DNA from: Octopus sinensis
Taxonomy: Eukaryota
NCBI RefSeq assembly: GCF_006345805.1
Contig: NC_043000.1
Span: forward strand, 50,902,001-50,966,000
Length of the DNA stretch: 64,000 nt
Direction: 5' to 3'
The position numbers and the translations under genes are program-made. Below are positions 13,430 through 24,600 of this stretch, piece by piece. Numbering within the stretch: the first letter of the stretch is position 1; each line of letters begins with the position of its first letter. The notes under the pieces are model-generated. The model saw only the letters and a list, made by a program, of their open reading frames with translations, was not told the origin of the DNA and did not search any database.

Positions 13430-14710
13430 AATGAAAGATGTGAGAAAATGATAAATATAGCAGGTGCACGGGGAATGAATCGTTCTACTGTTTCAACAAT
13501 TTTAAAGGATAAGGAGCATATTATGTAACAGATTAAAGGTTATGTATAAATACATTCTGTGATAATTACTAAGAAATGAAGATCAGTGATGGAAGAAATA
13601 GAAACACTTCTGAGTGTGTGGATGGATGACTAGCATCAACACCATATGCCTTTAAACCTTAATTTAATTCAGCAGAAACCATATCTCTCTTTGAAGATTC
13701 AAAGGCTGGGGGTGTTGGTGAAGGAGCGTTTACTGCTAGCCATGCTTGGTTCCACTGATTTAAAGCTGTTTCAAAGATGTGCAGCCTAAATGGGGATGGT
13801 GATGCTGTCAGCGCTGACATGTTAGCAGCAGCAGTGGTTTTCTAAGTTATTGATGAGGAAGGTTACCTAGGTGTTCAATGTTTACAAGACAGGATTGTAT
13901 TGCCAAATAGTTTAAGGTAGCGAAACACAGAATTCCATTCCTGTTTGTTGGAAATGCTGCTGAAGACTGCATATCTATGCTTCTACAAGTTTGTCATTTA
14001 ATAACATCTTGAACCCCTGAGGCTTTTGTTAAAGGTTCACTCTTGTGTTGGAGTTTACCCTTAAAGCATGAATGACAAAAGTAACATTTTGAATAGTAAT
14101 TCTATCCTTTATTTTGTAAACAGTGTAGAGTAGTACAGCTGCAACAAAAGGAGCCAATCTTTGATGTTCTGCTTATTATAAATGATGTTTATCCATCATT
14201 CCTTATCAATTTCCATATCAACATCAAAGTTATTTATATGTCATCCAATATTACTTGTTCTTTGTCCTATGGATCAATGTGCCATAGATAGTTTTCGTGG
14301 TATACTACCTGTGCAGAACTTACACATACTCTGTGAAGACACAAATAGATGGTTGAAGGAGACTGAAAAAGGTTAGGATAAGCTTGTAGTCTGTGAAGGC
14401 AGGTAAAAAATGGAATAAGACTAAGGAAGTTCTGGAAGAACTATATGATCTACAATGGAAGAACTATATGATCTACAATGTTATTGGGGACATTAATATT
14501 TGCTGTCTAGAAAAGAGACTACCAACATGAATAGTGTATTGAACAGTCTTTGACCACAATTTAGAATGATTTCAAAAACAGAGGCGAATAACTTGGTGAA
14601 ACTGGGGAAATATCTGTAATGTAAAATTTATGAAAAACGTTCATAAAGTGTTTGAATGCCACTCTATGTATGAGCTGGGCAATGGAGATTTGTTTGAGCT
14701 ACAGTCACAA
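13430..14710 (+). mobile_element. pogo/Tigger DNA transposon transposase, decayed
   Basis: Colinear motifs GMNRSTVSTILKDKEHIM, SVMEEIETLLSVWMDD, FTASHAWFH*FKA (CENP-B-type HTH), GNAAED, PMDQCAIDSF (cf. LIQPMDQGVIATFK) and KFWKNY match Tigger/TIGD transposases. Many stops and frameshifts. Confidence 0.85.
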
Positions 14711-14934
14711 GGGATTTGGAAAGAGGCCATCATATTTCATCTTTATGTACATTATCATCCTTCAACTAACTCAGAATAACATTTTTTTTAATAACATGTC
14801 AATTTCAGATAAACCCTGATTTTTATGATTCTGTCATCTTTTCATTTAAAGTTGGTTTGTAAATGCCATCTGGCATTTACTTGCTACCTCTTCAACTGAA
14901 GCTCCATCCATCCATCTTCTCTGCCCACTGTTTC

Positions 14935-15330
14935 TAGGAAGGTCATGAGGATGGAGTCCTCAGACACTTCCTCCATAAGGTTTTATCAGAATCACTAGTA
15001 GACTTTCTGGTTGGTTTCCTAAATGTGAACAATTGAGACTATGGATATTATTCAGCCATCTCATTCTTGGTCTACTCCTAGGTCTCCTGTCAATCGGGTC
15101 AGCTTCATGAACCCATCTTATGATTCTTGATTCTTTCAGTGACATTTTAATCGCATATCCATTGTACCAGAACTGTGACCTCTCAATACAGAGAAATAGT
15201 GGCTCAAGCTGGAGAGACTTCTTGATCTCCAAACTATACATCTTGTCTAAGAAACACTACTTCAGATTATCATCTCTTTTTATTCAGAATTGATCACAAA
15301 TTTAGCAGGTATTTGCTTACCATCTCTTGA
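14935..15330 (-). mobile_element. RTE-clade LINE 3' fragment (same family as 4050-4620)
   Basis: ORF 14960..15241: SLEIKKSLQLEPLFLCIERSQFWYNG...DRRPRSRPRMRWLNNIHSL. Confidence 0.8.
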
Positions 15331-15559
15331 TGGTAATTTCAATAAATGAAGAATTTTATTGTATGGTATTTAATACCCAATTATTCATCCTTGTCTAAGT
15401 TTTTATAGTAATACTGAGTTATTTCTCTTTTCTTTCATTTGTTACACACTCATACACACTAAGACAACCAGCTCAAACTGAAACTAAGTAGAAAAGGTAA
15501 AGAAATGCTGCTAAAAGAGAGTACTGAAGTGGGTGTATTTGCATGAAGAGGAGAAACTA

Positions 15560-16110
15560 ATCTAAGTAGATACAATAGATGGACTCGTTATTGAAGTTGA
15601 TAGCTATATGGTTGAAAAGGTGATTGAGTAAACAAATGCATGAGAAGTACCAGAACCATCTGAAATAGATGCTGAGCAAGTAGAACATGAGCCAGTTTCT
15701 TTAAAAGACAAATGAGTTGAATAACAAGTTGTCATATCTAATGACTGATTCAACTGTATCATTCCCAATTGTATCAAAATCAAAGGAATTTGTTTTTAGA
15801 AAGAGGTAAGCACATGGGCATCAAATTGTTGGCCCAAATTATGAAAGTAGCAGAAACAGTTATAGTGCTATAAATTAAGAGAATTAATTTAGATCAGATA
15901 GAGCTTGGGGTTTTTGCCAAAGTGGTATTCTACTAATGCCCTGTTCCTAGTGAAACAACTACAAGAGAAACCACACTCTGTTGTTTGGTTGTAACTAAGA
16001 AAATTCGGTGTAGATGAATGCTTGGGTGAACTGTGCAAGCCATGTATAAGGATGCTGTTGGCAAGATGGGAGTTAACTACACATTCAGCAAGGAAAATAC
16101 ACACACGGTC
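15560..16110 (+). mobile_element. RTE-clade LINE reverse-transcriptase fragment, decayed
   Basis: IDGLVIEVDSYMVEKVI..VPEPSEIDAE (cf. KAPGPSGITAEMLK), STNALFLVKQLQEK (cf. STTDAIFLVRQLQEK), LRKFGVDE and VQAMYKDAVGKM. Confidence 0.75.
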
Positions 16111-16573
16111 TGAAAGTATCTGTAAATGATATATTGTTATTATGAAAGTATATTTAGTTTAATAGACACTTCTAAAGGATTTCTCTTTAAAAGTTATCTT
16201 CTTCCATGTCAGAAATGAAATTCTTTTGCAGTACATTTATCACAGTCCATAGTTTCATGCACTGCATAACAGATACATGCTCAATATTAATTGTATATTT
16301 AGTAAATTAATTGTGTAAATGAAATATACTTAATTCAATCATAAAATTAGAACACAAGATTAAGTAAATGTAAAAATTGTTTTATTTCCTTTCAAACTAT
16401 TGTTGAACAAAATATTTTCTTTAGTCTTGGAATTCTGTAATTCTTAAAATAATTTGGAAATGAGTAAAAACTGAAATGTTGAGAGGTAAATAAGTCATGA
16501 AAATAACATCATTCTTAAAACATGTGTAAACTGGAGCATTTTGAAGGAAAACATCCAAATAATCAAGCTGCAA

Positions 16574-16780
16574 TATGAAAAGGTGCTGAAAAGATCCTTG
16601 CTTTAAGGGTATCATGAAAGGCTTGGTTGGAGATCCAACCTTTGAAGTTCTTTTACAGGACTTAGAAAAACTGAAGGACCACTGCAATAGATGTGTGAAT
16701 CTGAGAGAGGAATATGTTGAATAAAATCCTCCTGTATTTTCTTTTATCCAAAGCAAGGAACTTTTCAGCACACCCTCATA
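16574..16780 (+). mobile_element. Mariner-derived MITE (~205 bp)
   Basis: TIRs TATGAAAAGGTGCTGAAAAGATCCTTGCTTT and revcomp TATGAGGGTGTGCTGAAAAGTTCCTTGCTTT, with TA at both ends. Internal LEKLKDHCNRCVNLREEYVE* resembles the mariner transposase C-terminus. Confidence 0.8.
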
Positions 16781-16799
16781 CATGCAGTGATAAAGAAAT

Positions 16800-17520
16800 A
16801 ATATTTAGATTTGCAGAGAGCCCTAGCTTCTATGATATTAGATCTGTATCTATCATAAGACTGAGAATTCCGAACATATTCATGTCAACATATTAGGATA
16901 TCTAATGCTTTGGTTTTACTGCATAAATAAAGCGCTATTCATCAATGTGTAGTTGAGCAACTGTCAATGTTTGCCCTTGTGATTTATTGATTGACGTGAC
17001 AAAGCTTAGGTGTTCTGCAAACTTAATTCTTCTTTATTGAAAGGCACATGTGTTGGTATGATGGGAATGTTGTATATAATTGCATCCTCTTCTTTGGTGT
17101 ACCAACGGAATGGCATGAAGCATAAGCTTCTTAATCATTAGTCTAGTTCTCCTGCAAAGCTGCAGCTGATCTAAATTACACAAAGGTTATCAATGTGGAG
17201 TTTTTTTTTAAGCTGTGTAGCAGTAGGCTTGAAACTTGTAATAAATTTTAAAATTCTGTAGGATAGTGAACTATTTCTTCCTGATCCACAAAAGTGTCTA
17301 TTGATTTGTATGCATGGCTATATCCTGGAAATGCCTGCAACAGCTGCCAGTTGATGCTGTTGACCAAAACATTTTTTGCACACACCCACTTGTTTGCTTG
17401 TTAATGATGTTGGAGGTTCAGGAATACCTTTGAAATCAATTTTCTGCTGTCTTAACCAATGTGCCTCGACTGCTGCGTTAAAGTTGCTAACTGTTCCCTC
17501 TGGAAAAAAAGTTTTAGTTT
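16800..17520 (-). mobile_element. Helitron RepHel PIF1-family helicase remnant
   Basis: Minus-strand peptides in Helitron order: LISKVFLNLQHH, KNVLVNSINWQLLQAFPGYSHAYKSIDTFVDQEEIVHYPTEF*NLL, LCRRTRLMIKKLM, EEDAIIYNIPIIPTHVPF and VTSINKSQGQTL (PIF1 motif TINKSQGQTL). Multiple stops and frameshifts. Confidence 0.88.
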
Positions 17521-17654
17521 CCAATTAGATAACACTCTTGTACCAAGGTTATTTAGTAACAATAATTAACTGACCATAATGATTTACGCCTGTGAGATAA
17601 ATTCAGATGTGTGTTAGTGCAGTATACATATTGTAATATCATACACTGATATAA

Positions 17655-18025
17655 GACAGTGAGTTAGCGGAATCATCAGGATACTGGGCAAAATGTTTAG
17701 TGGCATTTCGTCTGTCATTATATTCCGAGTTCAAATTCTGCCATGGTTGACTTTGCCTGTCACCCCTTTGAAATCGATGAAATAAATACCAGTTAGATAC
17801 TGGGGTTGATGTAATCGACTTATTTCCCTGAATTTACAAGACTCGTGCTAAAAATTTGAAATTAAGGCGGCACATATTCTAAAATTGAAACGATACAGAG
17901 AAGATTAGCATGGCCCCTGCGCAAGGATGACACGCAAATTCGTGAAGCGTTCCCTATTTCTTCAGCGGTGGTGCCCCAGCATGGCTGCGGCCTTCGGGCT
18001 AAAACATTTTTAAGGATATAATCTT
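17655..18025 (+). mobile_element. Family-C type SINE containing a U6 copy, flanked by a 14-bp direct repeat
   Basis: B-box-like GAGTTCAAATTC, core GTTGACTTTGCC...CTGGGGTTGATGTAATCGACTT, tail GGTGCCCCAGCATGGCTGCGGCC. ATACACTGATATAA at 17641-17654 and 18026-18039. Confidence 0.85.
17866..17962 (+). pseudogene. U6: U6 snRNA retrocopy, 5'-truncated by ~11 nt
   Basis: GGCGGCACATATTCTAAAATTGAAACGATACAGAGAAGATTAGCATGGCCCCTGCGCAAGGATGACACGCAAATTCGTGAAGCGTTCCCTATTTCTT matches canonical metazoan U6 from about nt 12 with ~5 differences. ACAGAGA box and internal stem-loop are intact; the 5' stem-loop and 3' oligo-U are lost. Confidence 0.95.
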
Positions 18026-18475
18026 ATACACTGATATAATAACACTGGTGTTATTTTGGTTATTTTAGTCAGAACAATTTAGCCATCATGCTGTCTGGCT
18101 TGTAGATGCTTGTGATATTTGGTAATGTTCTTGGAATTCAGTAAAATATGTTTTATTAAATCTAGGGGTTAGCATTTGTCTAAGTCCATTTTTTAACCAG
18201 TAACATCATTATCATTACCATAGTTTTAACACCCACATTTCTATGCTTGCATAGGTCAAAGGAAATTTCTAGAAGTATGTTTTCTATGGCTTGATGCTCT
18301 TCCAGTCACCAACCTTCAACCGTTTCTTTGTAATTTGACTGCTTCCTTTGCTCTTTGAGTTCGAAGACTGCATTGGCCTGTCATGTTTACCTGGAAGATT
18401 GCAACAAATAGCATTTCTTGCATAACAGTGATGTTTGTCTAAAGTAAGTGCATGATGTAAAGACAGAGAGAATGG

Positions 18476-18513
<38 letters not shown>

Positions 18514-18570
18514 ATATATATATGTTTGTGTATATGTATGTTTATATGCATGCACATGTGTGTGTGTGTG

Positions 18571-18973
18571 TGCCAGGATTGGCTGTGTGGTGAGTAGCTT
18601 GTTTACCAACCACATGGTTCCAAGTTCAGTCTCACTGCATGGCACCTTGGGCAAGTGTCTTCTACTATAGCCTCGGGCCAACCAAAGCCTTGTGAGTGGA
18701 TTTGGTAGACGGAAACTGAAAGAAGCCAGTCGTATATATGTATATATATGTGTGTGTGTGTTTGTGTGTCTGTGTTTGTCCCCCAAGCATTGCTTGACAA
18801 CCGATGCTGGTGTGTTTATGTCCTCATTACCTAGCGGTTCCGCCAAAGAGACCGATAGAATAAGTACTGGGCTTATAAAATAATAAGTCCTGGGGTCGAG
18901 TTGCTCGATTAAAGGCGGTGCTCCAGCATGGCCACAGTCAAAATGACTGAAACAAGTAAAAGAGTAAAAGAAT
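18571..18973 (+). mobile_element. Family-A SINE
   Basis: Colinear with 4684-5108. Confidence 0.9.
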
Positions 18974-19383
18974 ATATATATCCCTGTTTTTTTGTATCGT
19001 CTATCTGGATGTTTTGTTGTTCCTTTTTGTATCACCTAGTTGTCCGGATATTTTGCATTCTTGTCCCATTTTGTATTTTATATATATATACATATATACA
19101 TATATATAAATAGGTATGGCAGACTTCCACACAGTACTTTGCTTGTACCTGGGGCAAGTGCTTTCTACTATATGATCGAACTTACCAATGTATCATGAGG
19201 GAATTTAGCTGACAGAAACTGCAGATAATTGTTACATGTGTGTGTGTGTGTCTTTGTGTCAGTTGCCCTTGGCAGCTGCTGCATGGCAACTTGTATTTAT
19301 TAGTTTATGGCCCCATAACTTAGCAGTTTGGCAGAAGACACTGATATAACTACCAGGCTTATAAAAAACATAAGCTTCATATA

Positions 19384-19419
<36 letters not shown>

Positions 19420-19421
19420 TA

Positions 19422-19470
<49 letters not shown>

Positions 19471-19967
19471 ATTTCTTAAGTAACTAGAAGATAGATTTGG
19501 TATTAATCTTTACTTTGTACAACGATCATTTCGACCCATCTTACTACTGTCCCTTTTGGGTGGCACTCCGTTCAACATGTTGTGTTGCATCCATTTTGCA
19601 GTCTGGGTCTCATGAGGTACATCCATACAAAAAGTTGTGTCTTGCTGAAGATCTTGAGTTTTAGCTGTCATCATGTTATATGCCTGCAGATGAGCAGCTG
19701 TCATGTTGCTATATGCTCGCAAATGGGTGTATAACAAATGGATGAAACACCATTGTGCAAAATAAAGATTAATACCAAATCCATATTCTGGTTACTTAAA
19801 AAATTGTTACTATCTCAACTAACCCTGCAGAGTTCCTGAAGTAGATCCAATGGAAATATACTCCGACCTCAGATGACACCGGTAGCCCAAACTGTGCCAG
19901 TGCTCTACTAAGCACTTCAACACAGTAATCGACATATAGTCTAAAATATTATAAATATGTATATGAA

Positions 19968-20305
19968 CCAGCCAGGATCCCTGGTCTGGTGGTACGTAAA
20001 AAGCACTATCCGACTCGTGGCCGATGCCAGCGCCGCCTCGACTGGCTTCCGTGCTGGTGGCACATAAAATACACCAATCCGACCGTGGCCGTTGCCAGCC
20101 TCGCCTGGCACCTGTGCAGGTGGCACGTAAAAAGCACCCACTACACTCACGGAGTGGTTGGCGTTAGGAAGGGCATCCAGCTGTAGAAACATTGCCAGAT
20201 AAGACTGGAGCCTGGTGCAGCCTTCTGGCTTCCCAGATCCCCGGTTGAACCGTCCAACCCATGCTAGCATGGAGAACAGACGTTAAACGATGATGATGAT
20301 GATGA
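19968..20305 (+). mobile_element. Family-D SINE/non-autonomous retroelement with (GAT)n tail
   Basis: Three GGTGGCACGTAAAAAGCAC-like units, then GGAGTGGTTGGCGTTAGGAAGGGCATCCAGC...CCATGCTAGCATGGAGAACAGACGTTAAACGATGATGAT. Confidence 0.88.
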
Positions 20306-20805
20306 TATATATATATATATACACAAACATACATATCTTTGTATATGTCTGTATGTATGTATATGACTGGTTTCATTTACATTTCTCTGCATGTGTGTGT
20401 GTGTATATGTATGTGTATATATATACACATGCACATACACACACACACATGTAAATGTACATACATGCATACATGTATGCACATGTACAAATATTATGAT
20501 GAATGCTTATCATGCATTATTATTTTTTGTATATTTGTTCATAAGAGCAAGGCTTACATACGCAGAATATAACACCCAGCACTTCAGGTACAGTTGTATC
20601 CTGTAGTTTTCACCTGCTGTAAATTCCCAACTCCAGCTTGACTTGGTCATCATTTCTGGGTTGTCAAAAGAGCTGATCGTCTGGAAGTTACAGTACCCTA
20701 GGAAAAGTATACTGGAGAAGAAAATGAAAGGGAAGTGCCAGGATAAATTCTGAGTGACACACTATGAGATTATAAATATAGGGCTGGAGAGGCAATGCAG
20801 GATTC

Positions 20806-21030
20806 TTTTATTTGTCTCAGTCAGTTGACTGTGGCCATGCTGGAGCACCGTCTTAAAAGGTTCTAGTTGAAGAAATCAACCTCAGGACTTATTCTTTGCA
20901 AGCTTAGTACTTCTTCTATTGGTCTCTTTTGCCAAACCACTAAGCTATGGAGACATAAACACACCAATATTGGTTGTCAAGCAATGGCTTGGTGAGGAGC
21001 ACAAATGCAAACACAGACATAAATACATAC
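20806..21030 (-). mobile_element. Family-A tail module only
   Basis: GACTGTGGCCATGCTGGAGCACCG...CTATTGGTCTCTTTTGCC is the reverse complement of the family-A tail. Confidence 0.75.
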
Positions 21031-21050
21031 ATACACATATATATGTGTGT

Positions 21051-21430
21051 GTGGAGGCACAATGGGCCATTGGTTAGGGTGGCAGACTCACCGTCATAGG
21101 ATCAAAGTTTCGATCTCCAGACCAGGCATTGTGAGTGTTCATTGAGTGAAAACACCTACAGCTCCATGAGACTCTGGCAGGGGTGGAGGCGAACTCCGCT
21201 GTACTCTTTCACTACAACTTTCTCTCACTCTTTCTTCCTGTTTCTGTTGTACCTGTATTTCAAAGGGCCAGCCTTGTCACACTCTGTGTCACGCTGAATC
21301 TCTCCGATAACTACATTAAGGGTACACATGTCTGTGGAGTGCTCAGCCACTTGCACGTTAATTTCACGAGTAGGTTGTTCCATTGCTCAAATCAACTGGA
21401 ATTCTCATCGTCATAACCAACAGAGTGCCA
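21051..21430 (+). mobile_element. Family-E tRNA-derived SINE
   Basis: Head GTGGAGGCACAATGGGCCATTGGTTAGGG...TTTCGATCTCCAGACCAGGC matches the 33315-33610 head. Tail GTACCTGTATTTCAAAGGGCCAGCCTTGTCACACTC is shared with the copies at 21452, 31537 and 42080. Confidence 0.8.
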
Positions 21431-21451
21431 CAATATATATGTGTGTGTGTG

Positions 21452-21670
21452 TGTGGCTTAGTGGTTAGGGCATTTGGCTCATAATTGTAAGGTTGTGAGT
21501 TCAATACCCTGTGACATGTTGTGCTCTTCAGCAAGACACTTTATTTCACATTGCTCCAGTTCATTCAGCTGGTAAAAATGAGTTGTACCTGTATTTCAAA
21601 GGGCCTGCCTTGTCACACTCTGTGTCACACTGAATCTCCCCAAGAACTACTTTAGGGGTGACGTGTCTGT
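21452..21670 (+). mobile_element. Family-E variant SINE, 3' truncated
   Basis: GTGGCTTAGTGGTTAGGG head, CAAGACACTTTATTTCACATTGCTCCAG body, same tail as 21051-21430. Confidence 0.75.
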
Positions 21671-22039
21671 ATGCCATGCCATAGGGCTGAACCTAGAACC
21701 ATGTGGTTGGGAAGCAAGTTTCTTACACAACAATTCCTCAGCCAAATTAGCTTTAGAGTTAAGACAAAGAAGTGAGTTAATTCACTGTGGAAGTAAGATA
21801 CTAGTGAAAGCCACTAAGGAGCTTTGAAATAGAAGGAGTGATCCTTAGGTTGTTGCTAGGATGTGAGTCAAGGCCTGGTCAGTCCTGGTTGGGTGATGTG
21901 GGTGAGAATGGCTGTCAGTTAAATACCTGCATCACCTAATGCCTGAAGGTCACATCACTGATGATGCATCCCAGCTTATCCACAAGATGTGTCTTGTACA
22001 TTGTTTTGATTGTAACTAAACCTGTTCACACCTACTATA

Positions 22040-22600
22040 AACTATAAACACACACACACACTATAAACACACACACACACACATATATTCACATAGACTT
22101 GTAGAGGTATGCGTGTGTGTGCATGTGTGTACACATATATATATGTATACATACTCAAATATATGTGTGTCAGTATGTATATAAAGGCACACACACGCAC
22201 GCACATATACACACATATATATATATATTGAAAGAAGGAGATATATGTGTACACACAGATAAAGCTTTATGTTTGTATCATGTATTGACTACTACATTAG
22301 AAAGTAGTCCATTCTGATTAAATCAATTTCAATGGAGAAAATAAAAAAAGCGTGAGTGTCTATGTGTGCAAACGAATGTATGTGCATATATGTATGCATA
22401 TATCATCATCACCATTTAAGTATGTATGTGTATGTATGTATTTGTATGTACTTCTGTATGTGTGTATGTATATAACTAGTAGATTTAGAAATAGAAAGTC
22501 TTTGATACAGTATTATATATTTGAAAACAACTGAATAATTTTTCTCCTAATTTTTCCTCTTTAATAATTAAATGTTTGTAATTCATTAGGTGTGTGTGCA

Positions 22601-22648
<48 letters not shown>

Positions 22649-22714
22649 AACACATACATATATGCACATATACACACTGAGTATATGTATGTGTGTGTGT
22701 GTGTGTGTATATAC

Positions 22715-22745
<31 letters not shown>

Positions 22746-23271
22746 AGTTAATATGTAGATGTAATGTATATAAGATATATACACATATGTATATGCATAT
22801 GCACACAGACACACATATAAAACATATTTTCATGCACACACATACACACACACACACAGCAAATCTATATATAAAATGTCTGTATAGTTATGTGTGTGTA
22901 TGTATGTATGTATATTTGTGTGTGTGTGTATGTATGTAAATACAAACATTATAATTATATCTGTATATATATGTATTCATTGATTCATATTTCATTTTAA
23001 TTTATAGATTTCTGAAATGTGTCTATGAATGAATATATGTGTATGTATGTATGTATATGTGTACGTGTGTGTATGTATGTGTATAGATATATACATGTAT
23101 ACACACACAGAGACATATATGTACATATTTAGATGTATGTATATAATGAAAAAATACATATATGTGTGTTTGTGTGTTGAAGACATTGTTTCTCTAATTC
23201 ATCTGTCTGCATTTCTGTTTGTCTGAGTGTGTGCTTGTGTGTGTGTGTGTGTGTGTGTGCTTGTGTGCTTA

Positions 23272-23304
<33 letters not shown>

Positions 23305-23500
23305 TTACATGTGTATCTAGTATTTAATATCTGTAGTTATTTTCCCCCATGTTTTGCATTTCAGAGATCTCACATATCCTTTATACACGCACACATACAT
23401 ACATACATACATACATAAATACATACATACATGTGTGTGTGTATTTTTATGTATGTATGTATGTATGTATGTATGTATGTATGTGAGTGTATGTAGAGAT
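22040..23500. repeat. Cluster of compound (TA)/(TG)/(CA)/(ATGT) microsatellites
   Basis: Direct inspection. Confidence 0.9.
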
Positions 23501-24179
23501 GTATGGTGTGTCAGTAACACAAAAAGTGGGAAATCAGCTAGAGACATAGAATAATGGACACTGTGATAGGGATAGATCTGATGTGGAAAAAGAAGCTGAG
23601 AAAATATGTCATGGGTTGAATAATGAAAAGTGAATCAAGTGAAAGAGATGTGGAAGAACAGATATGGAAAGTATTCATACAAAGACTGTACATAAAAGGA
23701 AAAAGAATACAGAATTTTAATAAAAGTGAGTGTTTGATGAAGCAAATTAAAGATAGAAAGACAGATATCCAAAAAAATGCAATTATTTAAGAGAAATATG
23801 TAATTGTAAGAATAAACTGAAAGATAATCATACTCATAACCAGGGAAACAGGTTGCTAGGTAAAAGGATGTTCAGATAGTGAAATATTGGTATCATAGGT
23901 TAAGCAGATAAGGAAATAGATGCCTCCATATACAGATACAGTTAGAGAGTGATATATGTGTTGAGTAATACGTAGAAAGACAGAAGTGTAAACCAATAGA
24001 TAGGAAAATTCAAGATCACAAAATTCCGCTTCAGAAATGGTGTCGCAGATGATGACTCGAAGAAGGCAGCTATTTTGCTATATTTCTACCTTTTAAGATG
24101 GTAACAGTAATGTATTAAATTTACCTTTGTAGTGGTTCAGTTTTATTGCATTAGATATTAATGAGATATCTATCATTGT

Positions 24180-24600
24180 ACTACTAGTGTTGCTGCTATA
24201 GGTATTAGCTGCCACTTTTGTCTTATTGGTGCTAGTACCAGCACTAGCATCAACACTGATGCTGCTTGGTATTGCTGTCTACCTCTTGCAATCGCTTCCT
24301 CTGTTGCTACTGTTGCTGCTGCTGCTGCTACTGACGTTGCCGACATTACTGCCACTGTTGTTGCTGTTGCTCGCCATACTGCTGCTGCTGCTGTGAACAT
24401 TTTCTACTGCACGGTTGTTGTTGCTGATGTTGTTTCTGATGCTGCAGCTGCTGACATTACTGACACTGTTGCTGCTGCCACTTCTACTAACATTGCTACC
24501 ACCATTGATGCTACTGCTGTTGATGCTGCTGCTGCTGTTGTTACATGGCTCTACCACATGCAGGGAATATGAGACAACAGTCACAACTGTGATTGTTCGC
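24180..24600. repeat. Degenerate trinucleotide (GCT/GTT/ACT/GAT) low-complexity tract
   Basis: Triplet periodicity is maintained over ~400 bp. Confidence 0.85.

Noticed and set aside
17428-17499. Apparent 72-nt minus-strand exon with good splice sites, reading EGTVSNFNAAVEAHWLRQQKIDFK (ORF 17318..17524)
   Set aside because: A different frame of the same DNA gives LISKVFLNLQHH...YKSIDT, colinear with the Helitron helicase, so the exon is most likely coincidental.
19985-20140. CRISPR-like repeat-spacer pattern (also 47280-47430)
   Set aside because: Only three imperfect units with mutually related spacers, inside a eukaryotic retroelement and with no cas genes.
19941-20270. ORFs starting MLAWVGRFN (also 34942..35346 and 47373..47561)
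   Set aside because: Antisense translations of family-D SINE copies.
24049-24260. Box C/D snoRNA (ATGATGA ... CTGA)
   Set aside because: Boxes are ~200 nt apart, there is no terminal stem, and the D box lies inside a triplet repeat.
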